Source of the DNA: a virus
Reading direction: 5' to 3' (one strand)
Virus record (IMG/VR): IMGVR_UViG_3300037504_000923
Span: 1 to 63,036 of that record
DNA: 63,036 nucleotides
Shown: one piece after another, positions 37,698 through 44,669 of the stretch
Layout: every line of letters starts with the position of its first letter
Position numbering within the stretch: the first letter of the stretch is position 1
Program-made: the position numbers and the translations under genes
Notes under the pieces: model-generated
Database searches by the model: none
Told to the model about the DNA's origin: nothing
Seen by the model: the letters and a program-made list of their open reading frames with translations, nothing else

Positions 37698-38564
37698 ATG
37701 GAAACTACAGACTTAAAAGTAACGGAAAAAGAACTAAAGGTTCTGAATGGAATTATCTTCAATGACTATGTTGATTTTGATACTGATAACCCTGTGCATC
37801 CAAATGATTATGAAGAATTACAAACTTGGATGTGGGCTGCTCAGGAGTCAAGTGGATTATCTGGTAAATCATTCTCAGGCGTTTGTTCATCATTGGAAAA
37901 AAAGAAAATGATTGTAACAGATACTGAAGGTAGTAAAACCACAGAAGGGATGGAAATCAGAGATACTTGGGGTATTACTCTTTTGAAAAAAGGATATGAA
38001 GCTTGGTTAAATGAACTGAGGAAAAAAGACAAGTTATTTGAAGAGCCAAAAAAATCAAACTCTGAAAAACTTACTCTTAATCAAATTAAGAAGATGAGTG
38101 AAGAAAATTTTAATGATCTTTTGGAAAAGACAGTTTTGACAAAAGGTGATTATTATTTGGATAAACTCGAAAATGGACAATACTTAGTTTCTCACGCTGA
38201 AACTCCTAAAATTCTTTGTGATGATTATGAGGAAGGGTGTCATTATTTCTCCGTCGAGTCAAATAAAAATGATGCCAAACAAAAAGGAAAGGAATCAAAA
38301 ATGACAACTACAACAAAAGCAAAAAAGAAATCAGAAAAAACTCCAAAGGAAAAAGGAGTTATTGCTACAATCGTTGCTTTAATTGAAAATGCAAATAAAG
38401 CTGGAATTTCAAAAGAACAAATTCTGAATATTCTTGTAAAAACATTTCCTGATAGAAATAAAAATTCTATGAAAAATACTATTAATGTGCAGGTACCTAA
38501 TAGAATTTCAAAAGAACGATTTAAAGTAAAAAAACTTGAAAATGGAAATTATAAAAAAGCCTAA
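37698..38564 (+). CDS. Hypothetical early protein; C-terminal domain paralogous to that of 50828..51700
   Basis: Start taken at the ATG at 37698, because the listed ORF start at 37641 lies inside HH-2. C-terminus: KGVIATIVALIENANKAGISKEQILNILVKTFPDRNKNSMKNTINVQVPNRISKERFKVKKLENGNYKKA. Confidence 0.65.
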   Translation: METTDLKVTEKELKVLNGIIFNDYVDFDTDNPVHPNDYEELQTWMWAAQESSGLSGKSFSGVCSSLEKKKMIVTDTEGSKTTEGMEIRDTWGITLLKKGYEAWLNELRKKDKLFEEPKKSNSEKLTLNQIKKMSEENFNDLLEKTVLTKGDYYLDKLENGQYLVSHAETPKILCDDYEEGCHYFSVESNKNDAKQKGKESKMTTTTKAKKKSEKTPKEKGVIATIVALIENANKAGISKEQILNILVKTFPDRNKNSMKNTINVQVPNRISKERFKVKKLENGNYKKA

Positions 38565-38626
38565 GGCATACTGATGAGGATTTAATATCCGAAACATTCT
38601 CCTTTTTTAGGGAGAATGTATATGTC
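38565..38626 (+). ncRNA. Hammerhead ribozyme HH-3 (type I)
   Basis: GGCAUA|CUGAUGA|GGAU-uuaau-AUCC|GAAA|CAUUCUCC-uuuuuuag-GGAGAAUG|UA^|UAUGUC. Predicted cleavage after A38620. It begins directly after the stop codon at 38562-38564. Confidence 0.85.
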
Positions 38627-38647
38627 AAATCAAAAAATTTATTAGTT

Positions 38648-38887
38648 ATGAAAAAATTAAGAAAAAATCAAATTTTAGAAGTTAGAGGTGACAGAGGAGC
38701 AAATAAATACCAAGTACAAATCATTCAAAGAATGATTAAATTAGAAAAGTATTATGAAACCCTAACTGGAGAAAAAGAATGTATCTATTTAGCCAAAGAT
38801 ATAAAAGATGGTAAAAAAGTATATATTACCAATTCTCCCGGTTATTGGGAAATTGATCCTCTTATCAATGAAGAACAGGAGGTGTGA
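38648..38887 (+). CDS. Hypothetical early protein
   Basis: ORF starting 27 nt after the HH-3 cleavage site. Confidence 0.55.
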   Translation: MKKLRKNQILEVRGDRGANKYQVQIIQRMIKLEKYYETLTGEKECIYLAKDIKDGKKVYITNSPGYWEIDPLINEEQEV

Positions 38888-39105
38888 TCATGTTAAACAC
38901 TAAAGAACGCAGAGAAATCGCAAAAATTGCCACTCAATTAATGAGTAAAGGCGTCAAATTACAAAGCAAAAAACTCGTCATTCGTGCATTTGACATGATT
39001 GATGAAGATGATGAATTCAACTGGGATTATTTGGATAGTGAATTTTCCCAGTGGGATGAAATAAGTGAAAAAGGAATTGATATCATTTATTCAAATATTC
39101 ATTAA
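38884..39105 (+). CDS. Hypothetical early protein
   Basis: Coupled ORF, 73 aa, acidic. Confidence 0.5.
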   Translation: MIMLNTKERREIAKIATQLMSKGVKLQSKKLVIRAFDMIDEDDEFNWDYLDSEFSQWDEISEKGIDIIYSNIH

Positions 39106-39106
39106 T

Positions 39107-39268
39107 ATGGCTGTTAAAAAATTCAAACATCGTACAGGAACTGTCATTGTTACTAAGTATAATGACGAGATCAAGATCCACAAACCGAAAAAGATGACCG
39201 AGGAAGAACTCAAACAATTTAAAAGGGTTCATGCTCAGGAAATTGAGAACATAGGGAAGACATACTGA
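39107..39268 (+). CDS. Hypothetical small early protein
   Basis: ATG at 39107, one nt after the upstream stop. Its UGA stop (39266-39268) lies inside the CUGAUGA core of HH-4. Confidence 0.45.
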   Translation: MAVKKFKHRTGTVIVTKYNDEIKIHKPKKMTEEELKQFKRVHAQEIENIGKTY

Positions 39269-39370
39269 TGAGGATTTAATATCCGAAACCGGAGGGATGG
39301 GAACAGGAATGAAAAGCCTAATAGATTGTGCAAAGCAAAGCTCCCCTGCCATCCTATACCGGTCTATGTC
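39259..39370 (+). ncRNA. Hammerhead ribozyme HH-4 (type I, extended stem III)
   Basis: GACAUA|CUGAUGA|GGAU-uuaau-AUCC|GAAA|CCGG-[66-nt insert 39293-39358]-CCGG|UC^|UAUGUC. Predicted cleavage after C39364. Confidence 0.8.
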
Positions 39371-39393
39371 AAACATTCTAAACTATAACAATT

Positions 39394-39747
39394 ATGGCGG
39401 AAGAAACCAAACAAAGACAAGAAAAAACCCCAAAAGACATTGAGTTTGATCATCTATGTAAAAAACTACTCGAATTAACAAAAGACGAGGAATTTTCATT
39501 GATGATCATACAAACAAATGTCATACCGGGTGACAAAGAAAAAAATGAAGAAGATGGATTGAATGTTCGTTATTTTCATGAAGGAGATGTCAAACTGACC
39601 GGATATGCACTGAAGGACTATTCTAACAGAGATGCAAGGATTAAGGCAATTGTGAATGCTGTGCATCTTTCAAACACCACCAACATCCCAATGGCTATGC
39701 TTTTGGAAGCTAAGATAAAAGGGAATGAAAGTGAAGGTAAAGAATAA
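39394..39747 (+). CDS. Hypothetical early protein
   Basis: ORF starting 29 nt after the HH-4 cleavage site. Confidence 0.55.
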   Translation: MAEETKQRQEKTPKDIEFDHLCKKLLELTKDEEFSLMIIQTNVIPGDKEKNEEDGLNVRYFHEGDVKLTGYALKDYSNRDARIKAIVNAVHLSNTTNIPMAMLLEAKIKGNESEGKE

Positions 39748-39756
39748 TATTGTAAA

Positions 39757-39788
39757 GCCTGTTTCTATCAAAGGAAGCAGGCTTTTTT
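39757..39788 (+). terminator. Rho-independent terminator ending the ribozyme-containing early operon
   Basis: GCCUGUUUC-uaucaaag-GAAGCAGGC followed by UUUUUU. Confidence 0.7.
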
Positions 39789-39814
39789 AAGTTAAATCAA
39801 AAATAAGAGATATT

Positions 39815-40339
39815 ATGAAAACACATGTATTAAAATTAAGGAAACTAAGAGCTTGTGAAGAAGCTGTAGAATTTGCAGAACAATTCAATTCAATTGAAGA
39901 AACATTAGAAAATACAGAACGTGGAGATTGGATTTTATGGCTTGCTCAAAGAGTTGGAGTTAATAAACGTAAATTAACACTTGCAAAGGCTCTTTGTGCT
40001 GAAACAGTTATACATCTGATGACAGATGAAAGGAGTAAAAAAGCTGTTAAAATAGCTAAAAAATATGGCAAAAGTGAAGCGACTGAAGAAGAATTAAGTA
40101 CTGCTGCTTATGCTGCTGATGCTGCTTATGCTGCTGCTGATGCTGCTGCTTATGCTGCTTATGCTGCTTATGCTGCTGATGCTGCTGCTGATGCTGCTGC
40201 TTATGCTGCTTATGCTGCTTATGCTGCTGATGCTGCTGCTGATGCTGCTTATGCTGAAAAAGATAACCAGAAAAAGACAGCAAAAATAAGTAAAGAAATA
40301 CTATTTGAAGAAATTGTTGAAAAATTTAATGAACTATGA
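39815..40339 (+). CDS. Hypothetical protein with (AAY/AAD)n low-complexity repeat
   Basis: N-terminal LRKLRACEEAVEFAEQF...GDWILWLAQRVG, then AAYAADAAYAAADAAAYAAYAAYAADAAADAAAYAAYAAYAADAAADAAYA. Confidence 0.6.
   Translation: MKTHVLKLRKLRACEEAVEFAEQFNSIEETLENTERGDWILWLAQRVGVNKRKLTLAKALCAETVIHLMTDERSKKAVKIAKKYGKSEATEEELSTAAYAADAAYAAADAAAYAAYAAYAADAAADAAAYAAYAAYAADAAADAAYAEKDNQKKTAKISKEILFEEIVEKFNEL
40103..40256 (+). repeat. GCT-rich trinucleotide-based tandem repeat (48-nt unit, about 2 copies plus partial copies)
   Basis: gctgct(tat/gat) periodicity, with the block gctgcttatgctgcttatgctgcttatgctgctgatgctgctgctgat repeated. Confidence 0.85.
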
Positions 40340-40611
40340 ATAAATCAATTATTGATGAAATAAAAGAGAATGATCCCTTAAAGACTGAAATTATTAGTAA
40401 AAGTCAAATAATGGAGAATCATGAAAAGCTCTATGTTATTCAGAAAGGAGCTTTGTTTGAAGTAAGAACTGTTTCAAATAGACAAACCGTAGAGACGGAA
40501 GGTTATTGGTCTATGTCTCATATCAACTATCAATTCATTACATCATTTCAAATAAGGGATTATGATGAGTTGAATTTAATTGTGGACATGCTTGTAATAC
40601 AGGGGAGGTAA
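40336..40611 (+). CDS. Hypothetical protein
   Basis: Coupled ORF, 91 aa. Confidence 0.5.
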   Translation: MNKSIIDEIKENDPLKTEIISKSQIMENHEKLYVIQKGALFEVRTVSNRQTVETEGYWSMSHINYQFITSFQIRDYDELNLIVDMLVIQGR

Positions 40612-40612
40612 A

Positions 40613-41017
40613 ATGAATTATGTAATACTTGCAACCGCTTTTCCAAACTCAATGTATGTTTTTCTTAATTCTTTAAGGGATATGAAAATTGAAGTGTGTA
40701 TGAAAAGGGAGAGGATTATATACTTTGAAGTTTGGGATGATGGTTATAGAAAAAGAATAACAGAGGAGACAGTTAAAAATCTGTTTCCTTTAGATCGTCA
40801 AATCAAAAAAAGACCGTTTTTGTCAAAGGATAACAAAACATTTTATACTGTTTTGATGAGGCATAAACGGAAATACAAAAAAGAATTTGAAAATATTGTC
40901 AAACAAAAATTAGAAAATCATGAGTCAAACAAAAATTTACAAAATAAGCCGAGGATTCGCCGAACGAAAAGACATACCAAGACTTTTCGTCGCACGCGAA
41001 GTAGTAGAAACAAATAA
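40613..41017 (+). CDS. Hypothetical basic protein
   Basis: 134-aa ORF. Its 3' end overlaps the SNF2 gene start by about 98 nt, so the real stop or the downstream start is uncertain. Confidence 0.4.
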   Translation: MNYVILATAFPNSMYVFLNSLRDMKIEVCMKRERIIYFEVWDDGYRKRITEETVKNLFPLDRQIKKRPFLSKDNKTFYTVLMRHKRKYKKEFENIVKQKLENHESNKNLQNKPRIRRTKRHTKTFRRTRSSRNK

Positions 41018-43046
41018 AGCCGTGTATCTATATGGTCACGGGACGTTAGAAACTAAAAATCATGGTATATGTTGTGCTTGTGGTAGAGTATTGACCCACC
41101 CTGTGTCTATTGAATTGGGTATTGGACCGGTGTGTGGAGAACATTGGTGGGATTGGAATAAGGTCGGTGGATACTCTATTGAAAACATAAACCGATTGAA
41201 AGAAGAAATAGGGAGAAAATTAGTTGAAATGAAAGTAGATAGTTGGTTTCCAAAGGGAGCTATTGATGAAGTATTAGAAAGTGATCAATCAGTGGATATC
41301 CCTAAAGACCATCCAATGATTAAAAAGAAGGAGGAAATGAAAACAAAACGCGTTATCATAAAAAGTGCAAAAATTATTGAGACTACAAAAGGAAATCAAC
41401 TAATAAAAATCAGTTTTCCTTTTGACAGAGAAACCATTGCTCAAGTTAAGACACTACCGGGACGAAAGTATAATCCCGAGAAAAAATACTGGACAACTCC
41501 CCTATCAGTTGAATCTATTGAGAAACTGAGAGAATGGGGTTTCAAATGTAGTGATGAATTATTGGAGATACTGAGAAAAAGTAAATTAAATGTAAATGAT
41601 GTCAAACCGATTGATGTTCCCGGTTTGAAAGGAGGAACGTTGATGGAATATCAGAAAAAAGGAGTATCATTCATTGAACAAAAAGATGGGAATGTTTTGG
41701 TGGCTGATGAAATGGGACTTGGTAAGACGGTTGAATCAATTGCTTGGTTAAAACTCCATCCGGAAAAACGCCCGGTGGATATTATCGTTCCCTCTTCCGT
41801 TAAATACAATTGGCAGAAAGAGATAATGAAATGGTTAGGGGAGAAGGCAGAAGTTTTGGAAGGACAAACTCCTTACACCCCTACCAAAGACATTTGTATT
41901 CTTAATTATTCAATTCTGCCTTATTGGGTAGAAGAATTAAAAAAGAGAGAATCAAAAGTAATGATCACTGATGAAGCTCATTATTATAAAAATAATAAAG
42001 CGAAAAGAACCAAAGCAGTGAAAAAACTTGCTAAACATATTCCTCATAAAATCGCCCTGACTGGTACTCCTATTGAGAATCGTCCTCAGGAGATTTTCAA
42101 TGCCGTGAATGTAATTGATCCAACCATTTTCCCAGACTTTTGGTCATTTGCAAAAAAGTATTGTGGAGCCCATTACAATGGATTTGGTTGGGATTTTAGC
42201 GGAGCGACTAATGTCGAGGAATTACATGAAAAATTAGTAAATACTATCATGATCCGTCGTCTAAAAAAGGATGTATTAACCGATCTGCCTGATAAAAGGT
42301 ATAATCATTTGGTATTTGAAATTGATAACCGTGATGAGTACAACTCCGCGGAATCTGATTTCATTTCATTCGTTAAAGGAGAAGTACAACAAAACTTGGA
42401 GAAGGAGTTAGAAGAAAAGCTCGGTGCTGAATTAAGTCAGATGGTTGAATTGAATGGAAATCGTTTGAAGGAGTTACAATCTGAAAAAGCATCCAAGGTC
42501 AATGTTCTGACCGAGATGGAAAAGCTAAAGCAATTAGCCGTTAAAGGAAAGATGAAATCAGTAAAGGATTGGATTCGTGACTTCCTTGAAACCGGCGAAA
42601 AGTTAGTTGTATTTGGTACTCATCGCTTTGTTATTGATGAATTGATGAATGAATTTGGTAATATCGCTGTCAAGATCGATGGTTCCACTCCAAATAAAGA
42701 GCGTTCCGAGATTGTTGAAAAATTCCAAACAAATAAAAACATTCAACTTTTCGTAGGTAACATAAAGGCGGCTGGTGTAGGTATAACATTGACCGCTGCC
42801 TCACGTGGTCTTATTGTTGAATATCCATGGACTCCTGCTCAATTAGATCAGGCGATTGATCGTCTGCATAGAGTGACACAGGAGAATGCAGTAGATATTT
42901 ATTTCACACTCTCAGACAATACCATTGAAGAAAGGATCATTGAATTACTCGATAAAAAGAGGAAAGTATTTGATGCTGTCATGGATGGTATTGATACTTC
43001 ACAGGAATCACTAATTACGGAACTCATAAAATCTTATAAGGAATGA
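40920..43046 (+). CDS. SNF2-family helicase with N-terminal DUF6011-like zinc motif
   Basis: CCACGRVLTHPVSIELGIGPVCG; helicase motifs I DEMGLGKT and II DEAH, ALTGTPIENRP, and C-terminal AAGVGITLTAAS...QAIDRLHRVTQ. Confidence 0.85.
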   Translation: MSQTKIYKISRGFAERKDIPRLFVAREVVETNKAVYLYGHGTLETKNHGICCACGRVLTHPVSIELGIGPVCGEHWWDWNKVGGYSIENINRLKEEIGRKLVEMKVDSWFPKGAIDEVLESDQSVDIPKDHPMIKKKEEMKTKRVIIKSAKIIETTKGNQLIKISFPFDRETIAQVKTLPGRKYNPEKKYWTTPLSVESIEKLREWGFKCSDELLEILRKSKLNVNDVKPIDVPGLKGGTLMEYQKKGVSFIEQKDGNVLVADEMGLGKTVESIAWLKLHPEKRPVDIIVPSSVKYNWQKEIMKWLGEKAEVLEGQTPYTPTKDICILNYSILPYWVEELKKRESKVMITDEAHYYKNNKAKRTKAVKKLAKHIPHKIALTGTPIENRPQEIFNAVNVIDPTIFPDFWSFAKKYCGAHYNGFGWDFSGATNVEELHEKLVNTIMIRRLKKDVLTDLPDKRYNHLVFEIDNRDEYNSAESDFISFVKGEVQQNLEKELEEKLGAELSQMVELNGNRLKELQSEKASKVNVLTEMEKLKQLAVKGKMKSVKDWIRDFLETGEKLVVFGTHRFVIDELMNEFGNIAVKIDGSTPNKERSEIVEKFQTNKNIQLFVGNIKAAGVGITLTAASRGLIVEYPWTPAQLDQAIDRLHRVTQENAVDIYFTLSDNTIEERIIELLDKKRKVFDAVMDGIDTSQESLITELIKSYKE

Positions 43047-43510
43047 TAATCAGTAACATTGACATGATTCGGAAAATAGCTTGGTCTTTTCATCATACGA
43101 CACGTATTGAATATGATGAGCTGTTTTCCGAGGCTTGTTTTTACTATGTGAAAGCATTGAAAAAGTATGATCATAAAAGCAAATTCAAATTCACGACATT
43201 TGCTTATCGAGTCATGAATAATGGACTGAAGAATTTTGTTAATAAATACCAAAATTTCGTTCATCCTGATACCAATGATGTATTTGATCGAGTGGTTCAA
43301 TTTAACTCTTATATGGAGTTATTTTACGGTGAGAAAGCAAAGAAAATATCCGATATGATTATTGAAAATGCTAATTTCTTTTCCTCTCTACCTGATCATA
43401 GAGTCATCCGAAGCATTATCAGTAAATTATCACACAAAGGTTGGAGTCATGGAGATATAAAAGAAGGAATTGAGGAAATTCAAAACACACTGGCACATGG
43501 ACATTATTGA
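43043..43510 (+). CDS. Sigma-70 family-like transcription factor (region 2 and possible region 4)
   Basis: YDELFSEACFYYVKALKKYDHKSKFKFTTFAYRVMNNGLKNFVNK resembles sigma region 2.1-2.4. Confidence 0.45.
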   Translation: MIISNIDMIRKIAWSFHHTTRIEYDELFSEACFYYVKALKKYDHKSKFKFTTFAYRVMNNGLKNFVNKYQNFVHPDTNDVFDRVVQFNSYMELFYGEKAKKISDMIIENANFFSSLPDHRVIRSIISKLSHKGWSHGDIKEGIEEIQNTLAHGHY

Positions 43511-44417
43511 ATTTTACAGGGATTTTTCAGTCGAAACAGCCCCAGACGGTCACAAACATCATCAACCGGGATGGGTGAATATTGAATGCCCATTTTGTAC
43601 AGGAGAACATGCTGGATACCACCTCGGATACAATATTGATGGTAATTATTATCATTGTTGGAGATGTGGTGGGAAACCAGTGTGGCTTGTTATAAGTCGG
43701 GTAATTGATGTTTCACGACAAAGAGCAGAGGAGTTGATCCGTGAATATAAAGGAACCTCTCCACAACCACAAAAAGATTTTCAAAATCAAAAACCATTCA
43801 AATTACCTACGGATACAGGTGATCTCAGCCGACACCATCGTAAATACCTTAGAAAAAGAAGTTTCAGTCCTTCTCAATTAATTAGGGACTGGAATATACA
43901 AGGTACTGGTCCAATCGCCTCTCTCAATGATGGTGAAGGAGAAAGGATTGATTATCGTAATAGAATACTTGTTCCAATTATTTGGGATGATCAGATTGTC
44001 AGTTTTCAAGCACGTGACATCACCGATAAACATTCATTGAAATACAAAGCCTGTCCTCAATTAAGAGAAAAAATACATCATAAAGACATAATATATGGTA
44101 GGCAGGATAAATGGGGGGAAGTAGGTATTGGTGTGGAAGGAGTATTTGATGTTTGGAGACTTGGTTTTCAATCAGTCGGTACCTTTGGAATTGAATTCAC
44201 CCATAGACAGGTGAGGATAATAGCAAAAAATTTCAAAAGATTTGTTACTGTATTTGACCCGGATCCCCAAGCAAAAGAACAAGCAAAAAAACTTACGGCG
44301 GAATTACAATTTCGCCGGGTGGATGCTTCTTATGAAATCATGAACACTGATCCGGGTGATATGACAAATGAAGAAGCAGAATATTTAGTCAAATATATTA
44401 ACAAAAAATTTTATTAA
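43497..44417 (+). CDS. DNA primase (zinc ribbon plus Toprim)
   Basis: CPFCTGEH...YHCWRCG zinc motif. Toprim EGVFDVWRL and VTVFDPDPQAKEQAKKL. Start taken at the internal Met (MDIIEFYRDF). Confidence 0.7.
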   Translation: MDIIEFYRDFSVETAPDGHKHHQPGWVNIECPFCTGEHAGYHLGYNIDGNYYHCWRCGGKPVWLVISRVIDVSRQRAEELIREYKGTSPQPQKDFQNQKPFKLPTDTGDLSRHHRKYLRKRSFSPSQLIRDWNIQGTGPIASLNDGEGERIDYRNRILVPIIWDDQIVSFQARDITDKHSLKYKACPQLREKIHHKDIIYGRQDKWGEVGIGVEGVFDVWRLGFQSVGTFGIEFTHRQVRIIAKNFKRFVTVFDPDPQAKEQAKKLTAELQFRRVDASYEIMNTDPGDMTNEEAEYLVKYINKKFY

Positions 44418-44544
44418 TATAAAAAATAAATAATAAATAATCCATTCGATATATAACCCTCATAAATAGTGAAAAATTAAAATTTTTTATATACTTATTT
44501 GATTTTTATTTTATTTTATTTTAATTTTACAAAAATTTTCTAAT

Positions 44545-44644
44545 GGGACATATTATGTGATAAAGACATTGATTCGGCCAATTAATAGCCCGGAAACCAT
44601 GCATAATGTGTCCCAACATAAAAAAGGTTCCGGGCTTTTATTTT
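44545..44644 (+). other. Interleaved inverted repeats plus U-tract (pseudoknot or alternative-structure element, terminator-like)
   Basis: GGGACAUAUUAUG (44545-44557) pairs with CAUAAUGUGUCCC (44602-44614). AGCCCGGAAACC (44587-44598) pairs with GGUUCCGGGCU (44626-44636), followed by UUUUAUUUU. Confidence 0.45.
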
Positions 44645-44669
44645 GGTCAAAAATTAATATTTTGGGACT

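Noticed and set aside
40056-40283. Minus-strand ORF encoding QQHQQHKQHKQ repeats.
   Set aside because: It is the antisense reading of the GCT-rich repeat within the plus-strand gene 39815-40339 and has no flanking gene context on the minus strand.
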